Assembly: GCA_963829085.1 (NCBI GenBank)
Contig: CAWHHJ010000012.1
Location: 267,845-331,844 of the forward strand
Length of the DNA stretch: 64,000 bases
DNA from: an uncultured beta proteobacterium
GTDB lineage: Bacteria; Pseudomonadota; Gammaproteobacteria; Burkholderiales; SG8-41
Reading direction: 5' to 3'
The notes under the pieces are model-generated. The model saw only the letters and a list, made by a program, of their open reading frames with translations, searched no databases and was not told the origin of the DNA. Within the stretch, counting starts at the first letter, position 1; the number at the start of each line of letters is the position of its first letter. This document shows, one piece after another, positions 12,112 through 23,128 of the stretch. A program made the position numbers and the translations under genes.

Positions 12112-13431
12112 ATGCCGGACGCGAACAGCGGAATGCTGACCAGGTTAAGCAATCGCGTAATCAGCCCGACCGATACGGACGAGCAGCGGCTGCAGAAAAC
12201 GCTGCTGATATTCGCCTGCGGCCTGATGGGATTCGCTGCCATGCTGTGGCTCGCAATCTACAATGCCATGGGCATCCGGTATTCGTCCACCGTTCCGCTT
12301 GCATATTTAGTCGTGTCCGCGGTGACGCTGGGTATTTATTTATGGAATCTCAATTTCGAGTTCTTCCGGTTCGCGCAGACGAGTCTGTATCTGTTCGTTC
12401 CCTTTATCATGCAGTGGTCGATCGGCAGCTACGTGACGTCATCGGGCGTCATGCTGTGGGCGCTGCTTGCCCCGATCGGCGTGATGGTTTTCCAGGGACC
12501 AAGGGAGTCGGTGCCGTGGTTCTTCGCGTATATCACGATGACTGCTGTTTCCGGATTCTTCGACTACTACCTTGCGTATGGCACCGAGCGCAGCTCCGGC
12601 ATGCCGCTGCAAACGATTGCCGTCTTCTTTGCGCTCAATTTTGCATCGATGTCGACCATCGTATATCTGCTCGTCGTTTATTTCGTGCGCGAAAAAGACA
12701 GGCTCAAGGACGAATTGCATCGTCAGCATAGTCTCCTGCAGGTCGAGCAGGAGCGCTCGGAGCGTCTGCTGCTTAACGTGCTGCCGGCGAACATCGCAGA
12801 GCGTCTAAAGCGAGATTCGAGCGTCATTGCGGACGGCATCGCCGGCTGTACGGTTATGTTTGCCGATCTCACCGGTTTCACGCGTCTTTCGCAGGAACTG
12901 CCGCCGCGCGAGATGGTCGCGTTTCTGAATGACGTTTTCTCCTGGATAGACGGCCTCGCCGAGAAATACGGACTTGAGAAGATCAAGACCATCGGCGATG
13001 CTTACATGGTCGCGGGCGGCTTGCTCGCCTATCATGATGGCTACACCGAGGCGGTCGCTAATCTTGCGCTTGATGTGCGCGACGGCATGCGCGACCGTAA
13101 GACGAGCTCGGGTGAATCACTCGGCATGCACATCGGCATCGGCAGTGGCCCGGTCGTCGCCGGCGTCATCGGCGTGAAAAAGTTCATCTACGATTTGTGG
13201 GGCAATACTGTGAACATCGCAAGTCGTCTGACCTCCGAGGCATCGACCGGCGGCATCCTTGTAGATGTCGCGACATACAACCGGCTGCGGGCGTCCTATC
13301 GGTTCGAGGGCCCCGAGCCGCTGCTGGTTAAAGGGCAGGGTCCGTTAACGTCGTACCGGCTTATCGGCAAACTCGATACGACGACCAGCGATGGTCTACA
13401 GCAAACGCCGCCTGCCGCCATCGTCGCATAA
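12112..13431 (+). CDS. membrane-anchored class III adenylate cyclase
   Basis: ATG 12112 (MPDANSGMLTRL) is preceded by GGAG. About six predicted TM helices are followed by a coiled linker and a CYCc domain: VMFADLTGFTRLS...KTIGDAYMVAGG...YDLWGNTVNIASRL. The Lys (KTIGD) and Asp (YDLWG) specificity pair indicates ATP rather than GTP as substrate. Confidence 0.85.
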   Translation: MPDANSGMLTRLSNRVISPTDTDEQRLQKTLLIFACGLMGFAAMLWLAIYNAMGIRYSSTVPLAYLVVSAVTLGIYLWNLNFEFFRFAQTSLYLFVPFIMQWSIGSYVTSSGVMLWALLAPIGVMVFQGPRESVPWFFAYITMTAVSGFFDYYLAYGTERSSGMPLQTIAVFFALNFASMSTIVYLLVVYFVREKDRLKDELHRQHSLLQVEQERSERLLLNVLPANIAERLKRDSSVIADGIAGCTVMFADLTGFTRLSQELPPREMVAFLNDVFSWIDGLAEKYGLEKIKTIGDAYMVAGGLLAYHDGYTEAVANLALDVRDGMRDRKTSSGESLGMHIGIGSGPVVAGVIGVKKFIYDLWGNTVNIASRLTSEASTGGILVDVATYNRLRASYRFEGPEPLLVKGQGPLTSYRLIGKLDTTTSDGLQQTPPAAIVA

Positions 13432-13465
13432 GCACACTAGTATTGTCTCGTGGGAGTCGTCGCGC

Positions 13466-16180
13466 TCAGGTCGCTTGTGTTCCGTGAGCCGGTGACCGAA
13501 TGTCTCCGAGCACCGCCGACCAAAGTCGGTTAACGGCGGCAATCTCGTTCTGAAAGGCGTCGCGCGCGACGCGGGCGTAACGGTCGCCTTGCAATCTCAA
13601 CGCGTGCTGGCGTTTGCGAAACGCCCGGTAAGCGTCATGCACCGCCAGCGCCTTATCTTCGGGAATCAGGCCTAGCTTTGCGGCAAGCTTAAGCAATGCG
13701 AGATTACCGATGTTCCCCGTAAGCTCTGCGTACTTGTGTGCGTAGCCGAGCACGAGATACTGAACGATGAATTCCACATCGATCAAGCCGCCTCGATCAT
13801 GCTTGATATCGAACCGGCCGCTCGTATTCGGATGCGCTGTTAGCATCTTATTGCGCATGCCGACTACTTCGTCACGCAATGTCGCGATCTCGCGCGGGCG
13901 CCTCAATACCTCATCGCGAACAGCATCGAAAATGCTGCCTATCGAGCGATCGCCGGCGACATAACGCGCCCGCGTGAGCGCCTGATGTTCCCACACCCAC
14001 GCGTGTTCGCGCTGGTAGGCCGCGAAACCCTCGACCGGACTCACGAGCATGCCGCTCACACCGTCCGGGCGCAGCCGCAGATCCGTCTCATACAGGACGC
14101 CTGCCGATGTAATGCTTGTCAGCCAGTGATTGATGCGCTGTGCGAGACGCGCGTAGTTTTGCGGCCCCTCGGCCGCTGGATCCTCATAGAGAAAAATGAT
14201 GTCAAGATCGGACGCGTAGCCAAGCTCCTTACCGCCGAGCTTGCCATAAGCAATGATTGCGAAGCGCGGTACATCCCGATGGCGGGATCGCAGCCCCTGC
14301 CACGCAATCCTCAGCACCTCGGCGAGGATGAGATCGGCAAGCGCGCTCAACTCATCCGACAGCTTCTCGAGGGGTAGTTCGCCCGCCAGGTCGCGGGCGA
14401 GCAAGCGCAAGGTCTGCGCATGCTTGAAATGGCGCAGCATATCCATCTGGCGCTCCTCATCGCCGGCCGCTGCGTCGACGCCCGCGCGCAGTTGCGCCGC
14501 GAGCTCCGTCCATTGAGGTGTGGAATGCAATGTACGGACATCCAGCAGCTCATCGAGCAGAATTGGATAGCGCGCGAGGTATTCGGCAGCCCACGGGCTT
14601 GCGCTCGCGAGGCGTGCGCCGCGCGCGAGTGCCTGCGGGTACTGGAGCAAAAGCGCAAGATAAGCCTCGCGCCGGCTGATACTTTCGAGCAGCGTCAACA
14701 TGCGCTCGAGGGTGGCGTTCGGATTCTCCATGTCGGCGGCCGTCGCAACCACCATGGGCACCAGTTGTTCCATACGTGATTGACTCGCTTGCGGCATCTG
14801 ACGAACACGCGCGCTGTTGCGCAGCGCCACAATGCGGTTGAGCGCGGCCTGTGCATCGCCGTAACCTGCCGCGCGCAGGATTTCGAGTGATTCCTCGTCG
14901 TCGCGATGCCATACTCTTGCCAGCGGGTGCGCCTCTTTCTCACTCGTGAAGATCGCCTCGAATTGCTGAGTTACACGTGCTCGATGCACGTCGAGCTGCG
15001 TACCCAACGCACCGTAGTCGGCATAATCCATCGCCGCTGCAATCAGAGCCTGGTCTTCCTGCTGGCCCGGTAGTGTCTGCGTTTGTTTGTCGTCGAGGTA
15101 TTGCAAACGATGCTCGAGATTGCGCAGGAAAACGTAGGCCTCGGTCAGCTCTTGCACCGCAATTTCAGGAAGCAGCTTGTATGCGCCGAGGAGCGGCAGC
15201 ACGACGAGAGTCGGTCCCTGCCGCAACGGCGCCTCATGTCCGCCGCGTATCAATTGAAAAAGCTGCACGATAAATTCGATTTCGCGGATGCCACCGGGAC
15301 CCAACTTGATGTTGTTTAGAATCTCGCGGCGCTCGACTTCCTGCCTCACTTCCCGGTGCAGACTGCGCATCGATTCGAAGGCGCTGTAATCCAGGTGCCG
15401 CCGATAGACGAACGGGCGGACCAGTTTCTCGAGTTCGGCCGCCCGGTCACCGCAGACGACGCGCGCTTTTATCCATGCATAGCGTTCCCATTCACGCCCC
15501 TGCGTGACGAAATAAGTTTCCAGCATGTTGTAACTGACAGCCAGCGGACCGTCCGCTCCCAAGGGACGAAGACGCATGTCGACGCGAAATACGTAACCGT
15601 CCTCGGTCAGCTCATTGAGCAACTTGATCAGCCGGCGCGAAAAGCGGATAAAAAACTCGTGATTGCTAAGCGGTCGCGCGCCGCGAGTTTCGCCGTCTTC
15701 CGGATATGCGAACACGAGGTCGATATCGGAGGAGACGTTCAGTTCGTTGCCACCCAGCTTGCCCATGCCGATAACGTGCAAGGTCTGCACATCTCCGCTT
15801 TCTTCGCCAATGGGTTCGCCGTATCGCCCGGTAAATTCGCGCTGCAAGTGTTCCACTGCAGTACTGATAGCGATATCAGCAAGCGAGGTTATCGTCGACA
15901 TCACCTCTTCGAGCGTCGCCAGTCCGCCGAGATCGCGCGCGATGATGCGCAGCATGACGCGCTTGCGCAGATCCCGCAGCGCATGCATGAGCGCTTCGTC
16001 GCTGGCGGCGCCAGCCAGCCGCTCGCGCATGTCCTCAGCGGTGAAGGGTTGACTTATGCTTTCGGGCGGCAGCAGCTCGGGCTGCGCTGTAAGCAGGCGC
16101 CGGGCGTAACGCGAAAGATGCGTTGATCGGCGTACTGCAGTGTCCTGTTCCGCAACCGCGTAAGCGTTAGGTGGGCACAT
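13466..16180 (-). CDS. glnE: bifunctional glutamine synthetase adenylyltransferase / adenylyl-removing enzyme
   Basis: 904 aa with two nucleotidyltransferase halves: GMGKLGGNELNVSSDIDLVF and AYGKLGGKELGYASDLDIIFLY. Confidence 0.95.
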   Translation of the reverse strand: MCPPNAYAVAEQDTAVRRSTHLSRYARRLLTAQPELLPPESISQPFTAEDMRERLAGAASDEALMHALRDLRKRVMLRIIARDLGGLATLEEVMSTITSLADIAISTAVEHLQREFTGRYGEPIGEESGDVQTLHVIGMGKLGGNELNVSSDIDLVFAYPEDGETRGARPLSNHEFFIRFSRRLIKLLNELTEDGYVFRVDMRLRPLGADGPLAVSYNMLETYFVTQGREWERYAWIKARVVCGDRAAELEKLVRPFVYRRHLDYSAFESMRSLHREVRQEVERREILNNIKLGPGGIREIEFIVQLFQLIRGGHEAPLRQGPTLVVLPLLGAYKLLPEIAVQELTEAYVFLRNLEHRLQYLDDKQTQTLPGQQEDQALIAAAMDYADYGALGTQLDVHRARVTQQFEAIFTSEKEAHPLARVWHRDDEESLEILRAAGYGDAQAALNRIVALRNSARVRQMPQASQSRMEQLVPMVVATAADMENPNATLERMLTLLESISRREAYLALLLQYPQALARGARLASASPWAAEYLARYPILLDELLDVRTLHSTPQWTELAAQLRAGVDAAAGDEERQMDMLRHFKHAQTLRLLARDLAGELPLEKLSDELSALADLILAEVLRIAWQGLRSRHRDVPRFAIIAYGKLGGKELGYASDLDIIFLYEDPAAEGPQNYARLAQRINHWLTSITSAGVLYETDLRLRPDGVSGMLVSPVEGFAAYQREHAWVWEHQALTRARYVAGDRSIGSIFDAVRDEVLRRPREIATLRDEVVGMRNKMLTAHPNTSGRFDIKHDRGGLIDVEFIVQYLVLGYAHKYAELTGNIGNLALLKLAAKLGLIPEDKALAVHDAYRAFRKRQHALRLQGDRYARVARDAFQNEIAAVNRLWSAVLGDIRSPAHGTQAT

Positions 16181-16235
16181 GCGGTTGGGGTTACAATCGA
16201 TTTGAAATCATTACGTTGCTTGTATTTTATGGCGT

Positions 16236-19200
16236 TTGACCTCAAACGTGCCCACAATTTCTGTCTTTAGGTGGTTGCACCTCAGCACAGTGTGGTGTTA
16301 TCGCGCTGTTACATGGACGGTCATTGTCTGCTCCTTGCTGGTTGCTTTGTCGATGTTGGGAGTGCGCTTCTGGCTGCTGCCCAACATTGACAGCTATCGA
16401 GATCTCATAGCTCGTCGGCTAAGTGAGGCAACGAAGCAGCACATAACGATCGGCAAACTTGACGGACGATGGAGCGGGCTGAATCTACAGCTCACCATCA
16501 GCGACAGCGTTGTGTACGACAAGGCGCAGCAGCCAGCGCTGAAACTGGCGCGCGTCGACGGTGTTCTGTCATGGTGGTCCGTTGTTCTGCGGGAGCCGCG
16601 CTTCGATTCGATCGAGATCGATCGTCCTGATCTGAATATCCGCCGCGATAAGGCCGGTGCCATCTGGGTCGCGGGCATCGAGTTGAACGATCGTTCGGCT
16701 GGCGGCGGGTTATCCGATTGGCTGTTGCGACAGGACCAAATGGCCATTCGTGACGCGGCGATTAGTTGGCACGACGAGCTGCGTGACGCGCCGGAGCTGG
16801 CGCTTCAGCATGTGGATTTCAGATTCCAGAACGACGGCAGAAACCATCGTTTTGGTCTGCGTGCGGTCCCGCCGGAAACGCTCGCTACACCGCTCGACGT
16901 GCGCGGCAATTTCACGGGCACGAGCGTAAGCGATCTCACCGAGTGGAACGGCCAGGTTTTTGCACAACTCGATTACACCGATATCGCGGCCTGGCGCAGC
17001 TGGCTTGAATTCCCGGTTTATTTTCCGCACGGCGCGGGAGCACTGCGTGCGTGGCTGGTCCTCAACAAGGGCGAGCTTTCGGAAGTCATTGCAGACGTAC
17101 AGCTGTCGCAGGTGACGACGCGGCTGGGCAAAGACCTGCCGCAGCTCGACCTTGAAGCTCTCAAGGGGCGCGTCGGGTGGAAGCTGCTCAGCAACGGATT
17201 CGAAGTTACAACTACCAAGCTCGGCATGTCGACTCACGCGCACACGATACAGCCGGTGGATTTTGTGATGCGTTACCTCGCGCCCACGGAAAATAAACCG
17301 CCGCATGGAGAATTACAGGTTAATGTGCTCGAGGTTGGACCACTCCTTGTGCTTGCCGACCACCTGCCTTTCGAGCCCGAGTTGCGCAAAGAATTTGATG
17401 CGTTCAGTCCGCGCGGCACCCTTTACGACGTGGTAGTCAAATGGACAGGCAGCTGGCCGCGGCCGCAGCAATACGCTGCCAAGGCAAGGTTCGTCGATCT
17501 CGCTTTGAAGCCGGTCGGCCGTCTGCCCGGCTTCGCGGGCGTGAGCGGCAACGTTGATGGGAACGAGCGCGGGGGTATCCTCGCGTTGAACTCCCAAAAG
17601 TCCATCGTCGATTTGCCGCACATTTTTCGCGACAAGCTTGAACTCGATTCGCTCACCGCCCAGGCAGCATGGCAACGTACCGGCGAGCAGTATGAACTCA
17701 AGCTGCATAATATTTCGTTTACGAACCGTGATCTCGCCGGTACGGTGCAGGCTTCGTATCAGACAGCGGCGCACGGCCGCGGCGTTATTGACCTAACGGG
17801 CAGTGCGACGCGCGCGGATGTTCGCGGCGTATCACATTACATTCCGCTCGCGATCGGCGAACGTGGCCGTCAGTGGCTCGATAACGCATTTGTCTCCGGT
17901 TCCTCGAACGACGTCAAGGTGCGGTTAAAGGGCAACCTCAACGACTTCCCGTTCGATGAGGGCAAGGGTGGATTGTTTGAAGTCGTCGCGCGTGTAACCG
18001 GCGGAACGCTTGATTATGCGAGCGCCTGGCCCAAGATAGAGAACATCGAAGGCGACCTGGTGTTTCATGGACGGCGCATGGACGTGCACGTGCGCGACGG
18101 CTCGATTGCCGGCACGCGGATCGCCAACGTGCGGGCCGAGCTGCCGGATTTGAGCGCATCTGAGCGCCTGCTGACAGTCGTCGGCGAAGCAGAGGGGGCG
18201 ACGAGCGAATTTCTGAATTTCGTCGCACACACCCCCGTGTTCGATAGCATTGATCGTTTTTCCGAAAACCTGCGCGCGGACGGCAGAGGAAAGCTCGCAC
18301 TGAAGCTCACACTGCCGCTCAATAACCTGAAAGACACGAAAATCGCGGGCACTTATCAGTTCACGAATAACAAGATCGAAACGGAAGAATTGCCTTTTGC
18401 GGTTGAGCAATTGAATGCCCGCATGGAGTTCACAGACACGAGCGTGCGGGTTCCTGCGGCGACGATGATGATTTTCGGCAGCCCCGCTACATTGAGCGGT
18501 GGAACGCAGCGCGACAACTCGGTGCGCATCAATGTCGCGGGCCGAGTGAATATGGAAAACGTGCAGCGCAGTGCTGCAAACGTTCCGTTTGGGCAGTCGC
18601 TGCGCGGATCCACTGACTGGAAAACCACGATTACCTTGCGCAAGCGGGTTGCCGACATACTGTTTGAAAGCACACTTCAGGGTATTGCGTCGGATCTGCC
18701 GCCGCCGTTCGGCAAGGCGGCCGCAGACGCGCTTCCCTTGAAACTGGAACGCATTGTTACCGGCGCCCAGCAGGATCAGATCAATGTCGCGCTCGGCAGT
18801 ATTGTGTCCGCGCAACTCCAGCGACGTCGCGAGAATGGCCAGCTAGCGGTGGACCGCGGCACGGTCACCTTGGGCGGTGGCGTCGCGGCAGAACCTGAAC
18901 GCAAAGGTGTTTACATCACGGGCGGCCTAAAGAGCTTCAACTTCGACCACTGGCTCGCTATCTCCAAAGCCGCGCTCGGCGATACAGGTCAAGGCCAGCT
19001 TGCCGGCATCGACGTCAAGTTCGGCACACTCGATGTATTCGGCCGCCGCTTCAATGATCTTGCGATCAGCGGCAGCGCGCAGGCCGGTGTCTGGCAGACG
19101 ACTCTCGTCGGCCGTGAGCTCGTCGGCGAAATGACATGGCGCTCGCAAGGTAAAGGCAAAGTCACTGCGCGCATGAAGAATCTGGTGATACCGTCAGCGT

Positions 19201-20097
19201 CGCCGGAGCGTCCGCCTCCCTCAATCGACAAGGAAGCGCCGCTCGAGTTGCCTGCGCTCGACATTTACGCCGACAACTTCCAAGTACGCCAGGCCAGCCT
19301 TGGCAAACTTGAACTCACCGCAGTGCTGGACGGTCGTGATTGGCGCCTCGAGCGACTGCATATCACTAATCCGGATGCGACACTCGACATCGATGGACTG
19401 CTACAGGGCTGGCTTTCTCAGCCGCGGACGATGGTGAACGTCAAGCTCGATGTTCACGACATCGGCAAGTTGCTCGTAAGATTGGGCCAGCCGGAAGGCG
19501 TGAGGCGAGGCACCGCCAAGCTCGAAGGTCCGCTATCGTGGTCAGGTAATCCGTCCGAAGTTGATTATGCGACGCTGTCCGGTAATTTCGTTCTCGAAGC
19601 GAACAAGGGACAGTTCCTCAAGCTCGATCCGGGCATCGGCAAACTGCTCGGTGTCATGAGCTTGCAGTCGCTTCCGCGCCGGCTGTCACTCGACTTTCGA
19701 GATATCTTTAGCGAAGGCCTGGCATTTGACGCGATCGTCGGCACGGTGAAAGTGAATCGCGGCATTGCGACGACAGAAAACTTTCGTATCCAGGGGCCGG
19801 CCGTGCGTATCCAGATGACAGGCGACGTCGATCTCGCGCAGGAGACGCAGAAATTGCGCGTCAAGATTTTCCCCAGTATGAGCGACAGCTTGTCGGTGGC
19901 CGGGTGCGCTGATAGGCGGTCCGATCGCAGGTATTGCTACCTTTGTTGCGCAGAAATTGCTCAAAGATCCGATCGATCAGTTCACCGCGTACGAATACAA
20001 CATCACGGGGACGTGGGCCGATCCCCAAGTCGCCAAGGCGGAGTCTGCGCACTCGCCCGCCGCGAGCGCTCCGTATGGAACGCAAAGATCCGACTAA
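16236..20097 (+). pseudogene. yhdP: YhdP-family (DUF3971 / AsmA2) envelope protein, C-terminal frame break near 19905
   Basis: The 1290-aa track ORF has an N-terminal TM helix. Its last ~70 aa are out of frame. Shifting +1 after ...SMSDSLSVAG restores the conserved C-terminus ALIGGPIAGIATFVAQKLLKDPIDQFTAYEYNITGTWADPQV..., ending at TAA 20095-20097. Confidence 0.85.
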
Positions 20098-20113
20098 CCA
20101 GCCGTTAAAGATC

Positions 20114-20959
20114 ATGACGACGAAGAATTCGCAGTCCGGCTCGTCCGGTCCGCACGCGCGTATCGCAGCCGTGCAGATGGCATCCGGCCCGCACGTCGAG
20201 GCGAATCTAAAGGAAGCCGGACGATTGATAGCCGTTGCCGTCGAACGCGGTGCGGATCTCGTCGCGCTGCCGGAATATTTCGCGATCATGGGCATGCAGG
20301 ATACTGACAAAGTAACCGTGCGCGAGAAAGAAGGCCAGGGCCCCATCCAGGATTTTCTGTCACAAACCGCAAAACAGCACGGTATCTGGATCGTCGGCGG
20401 CTCAGCGCCGCTCGTATCCTCGGATGCAAGGCGCGTGCGCAATAGTTGTCTCGTGTACAACAGCCAGGGCACACTTGTCGGGCGTTACGACAAGATCCAT
20501 CTTTTCGGTTTTGATATGGGTAAGGAGCACTACTCCGAGGAGCGCACGATCGAGCCGGGCAGCAGCATCAAGGTGATCGATACGCCGTTTGGCCGCGTGG
20601 GTCTATCCATCTGTTATGACCTGCGATTCCCGGAACTGTATCGCGCCATGAAGGATGTGGACATCATCATGGTACCGTCAGCCTTCACTGAGACGACCGG
20701 CAAGGCGCACTGGGAGACGTTGATCCGGGCGCGCGCGATCGAAAATCTCGCCTACGTCCTCGCACCCGCCCAGGGCGGTTATCATGTCAACGGACGTGAG
20801 ACGCACGGCGACTCCATGATTGTCGATCCATGGGGTGTTGTGCTCGACCGCCTGCCGCGCGGCTCCGGCGTCGTAATTGCGTCGATCAACACCGATTATA
20901 TTCAGCGCCTCAGGAAGAGCCTTCCCGCGCTTCGTCACCGAACGCTGCATACTTGTTAG
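20114..20959 (+). CDS. carbon-nitrogen hydrolase (nitrilase superfamily)
   Basis: ATG 20114 (MTTKNSQSG...ARIAAVQMASG). The Glu-Lys-Cys triad context is LPEYF, YDKIHLF and GLSICYDLRFPE. It sits in the conserved position between yhdP and tldD. Confidence 0.85.
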   Translation: MTTKNSQSGSSGPHARIAAVQMASGPHVEANLKEAGRLIAVAVERGADLVALPEYFAIMGMQDTDKVTVREKEGQGPIQDFLSQTAKQHGIWIVGGSAPLVSSDARRVRNSCLVYNSQGTLVGRYDKIHLFGFDMGKEHYSEERTIEPGSSIKVIDTPFGRVGLSICYDLRFPELYRAMKDVDIIMVPSAFTETTGKAHWETLIRARAIENLAYVLAPAQGGYHVNGRETHGDSMIVDPWGVVLDRLPRGSGVVIASINTDYIQRLRKSLPALRHRTLHTC

Positions 20960-21040
20960 CTGTGGTTAGCTAAGGCCGGGACCCGGCACCGGCGGCGCTC
21001 CACTCACATTGCTCACAGATATCTACATACTGGAATCATC

Positions 21041-22516
21041 ATGGCCTCTCAGAAGACAATAGACATTATTTCACCGCAGATCGAGACTTCATTCGCCACG
21101 GCGAACGAGATACTGCTCGCGCCGTATTCACTCGATGACACGGCGTTACAGCAGATATTCGGACAGATAATGACGCACAAGGTTGACTACGCAGACCTCT
21201 ACTTTCAGTACAGCCGCAGCGAAGGTTGGAGCCTCGAGGAAGGGATCGTCAAGTCGGGGAGCTTCAGCATTGATCAAGGCGTAGGCGTGCGAGTGTTGTC
21301 GGGTGAAAAAACGGCTTTTGCATACTCCGACGATATCAGCCTCACCGCGCTCAGCGCTGCGGCGCAGGCGACGCGAGCGATCGCACGTCAGGGCACTGGT
21401 GGAAGCACGCAGGTTGCGCGGCGCGACGGCGGCCACAATCTCTACCTTCGCAAAGATCCGCTCGCCAGTCTCGATGACGCCGCAAAGGTCTCCCTGCTTG
21501 AAACTCTCGAGCGCAAAGCGCGCGCGCTCGATGCCCGCGTTACGCAAGTGATCGCGCATCTGGGTGGCGAATATGAGGTGATCCTCGTCACCCGCAGCGA
21601 CGGCGTCACTGCAGCCGACGTTCGCCCGCTCGTGCGTGTTTCGCTGCAGGTTATCGTCGAGCAGGATGGACGGCGCGAGCAGGGCAGCGCCGGTGGCGGC
21701 GGCCGTTACGATTACACTTATTTCACCGACGCAATTCTTCAGGACTATGCCAAGAAAGCTGTCGATCAAGCGTTGACGAATCTTGCGGCGCGCCCGGCGC
21801 CTGCGGGAACAATGACCGTCGTGCTTGGGCCCGGTTGGCCGGGTATTCTGCTGCACGAAGCGATCGGTCACGGTCTGGAAGGCGATTTCAACCGCAAGGG
21901 AAGCTCCGCGTTCAGCGGTCGCATCGGCGAACGCGTTGCCGCACCCGGTGTAACCGTCGTTGACGATGGCACGCTGCGTGATCGGCGCGGGTCGCTCAAT
22001 ATCGATGATGAAGGCAATGTCACCCAGCGCAATGTGCTGATAGAAGACGGCGTGCTCAAAGGCTACATGCAGGATAGTCTGAACGCGCGGCTCATGAATG
22101 TGCCGGTAACCGGCAACGGCAGGCGGGAATCGTTCGCCCACATCCCGATGCCGCGCATGACAAACACGTATATGTTGAACGGCGGCCAGGACCCGCGCGA
22201 GATCGTCGAGTCGGTGCAGCATGGCCTTTATGCGGTTAATTTTGGCGGCGGCCAGGTGGATATCACGAGCGGCAAGTTTGTTTTTTCCGCGGCCGAGGCT
22301 TACATGATCGAAAACGGCAAGGTGACGTATCCGGTTAAGGGCGCAACACTGATCGGCAATGGCCCGGACGTACTGACGCGTGTCACGATGATCGGCAATG
22401 ACATGGCGCTCGACAGCGGCGTCGGCACTTGCGGCAAGGAAGGTCAGAGCGTTCCGGTGGGTGTGGGACAGCCGACGCTCAAGCTCGACAGTCTTACTGT
22501 TGGCGGCACTGCATAA
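21041..22516 (+). CDS. tldD: metalloprotease TldD
   Basis: 491 aa with metal site [13 protein letters not shown] and typical C-terminus [21 protein letters not shown]. Confidence 0.95.
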   Translation: MASQKTIDIISPQIETSFATANEILLAPYSLDDTALQQIFGQIMTHKVDYADLYFQYSRSEGWSLEEGIVKSGSFSIDQGVGVRVLSGEKTAFAYSDDISLTALSAAAQATRAIARQGTGGSTQVARRDGGHNLYLRKDPLASLDDAAKVSLLETLERKARALDARVTQVIAHLGGEYEVILVTRSDGVTAADVRPLVRVSLQVIVEQDGRREQGSAGGGGRYDYTYFTDAILQDYAKKAVDQALTNLAARPAPAGTMTVVLGPGWPGILLHEAIGHGLEGDFNRKGSSAFSGRIGERVAAPGVTVVDDGTLRDRRGSLNIDDEGNVTQRNVLIEDGVLKGYMQDSLNARLMNVPVTGNGRRESFAHIPMPRMTNTYMLNGGQDPREIVESVQHGLYAVNFGGGQVDITSGKFVFSAAEAYMIENGKVTYPVKGATLIGNGPDVLTRVTMIGNDMALDSGVGTCGKEGQSVPVGVGQPTLKLDSLTVGGTA

Positions 22517-22559
22517 CAGCGCTTCCGAATCCGGTCACTGATGCCCTGATTACTGCCGC

Positions 22560-23126
22560 ATGCGCAAACTTGCAGATATCGAGCGCGAACGGGCGCAGCA
22601 GGATGATTCAGCGGATGACCACTCCGGGCCGCCGCTGCCGCCCGGCGCGAAGAACTATATAACGCCCGCGGGCTACGCCCGACTCAGGAAGGAGTTGCAG
22701 GAATTACTCGATCGTGAGCGGCCGCAGCTTGTTAAAGTCATCGCGTGGGCAGCCTCGAACGGCGACCGCTCGGAAAACGCCGACTATATCTATGGCAAGC
22801 GGCGTTTGCGACAGATCGATGGCCGCATCCGGTTTCTGACCAAGCGGCTTGAAATTGCGGAGGTGATCGATCCCGAGCGTCCCGGAGTCGATCAGGTGTT
22901 CTTCGGCGCGACCGTGGCGTATCGCGATGGCCGCGGCCTCGAACGCACTGTAGCCATCGTCGGCCAGGATGAAGTCGATCCCGCACGTGGCCGCATAAGC
23001 TGGATTTCACCCGTGGCGCGTGCGCTCGCAAAATCACGTGAAGGCGATGTGGTGACTCTCAGGACGCCGGCCGGCACGGACGAACTGGAGGTTGTGACCG
23101 TTCGTTACGTCGCATTGCCGGCGTAA
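22560..23126 (+). CDS. greB: transcription elongation factor GreB
   Basis: 188 aa. NYITPAGYARLRKELQELL...AASNGDRSENADYIYGKRRLRQIDGRIRFLTKRL is the Gre coiled-coil plus C-terminal domain. The basic patch is consistent with GreB. Confidence 0.9.
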   Translation: MRKLADIERERAQQDDSADDHSGPPLPPGAKNYITPAGYARLRKELQELLDRERPQLVKVIAWAASNGDRSENADYIYGKRRLRQIDGRIRFLTKRLEIAEVIDPERPGVDQVFFGATVAYRDGRGLERTVAIVGQDEVDPARGRISWISPVARALAKSREGDVVTLRTPAGTDELEVVTVRYVALPA

Positions 23127-23128
23127 CA

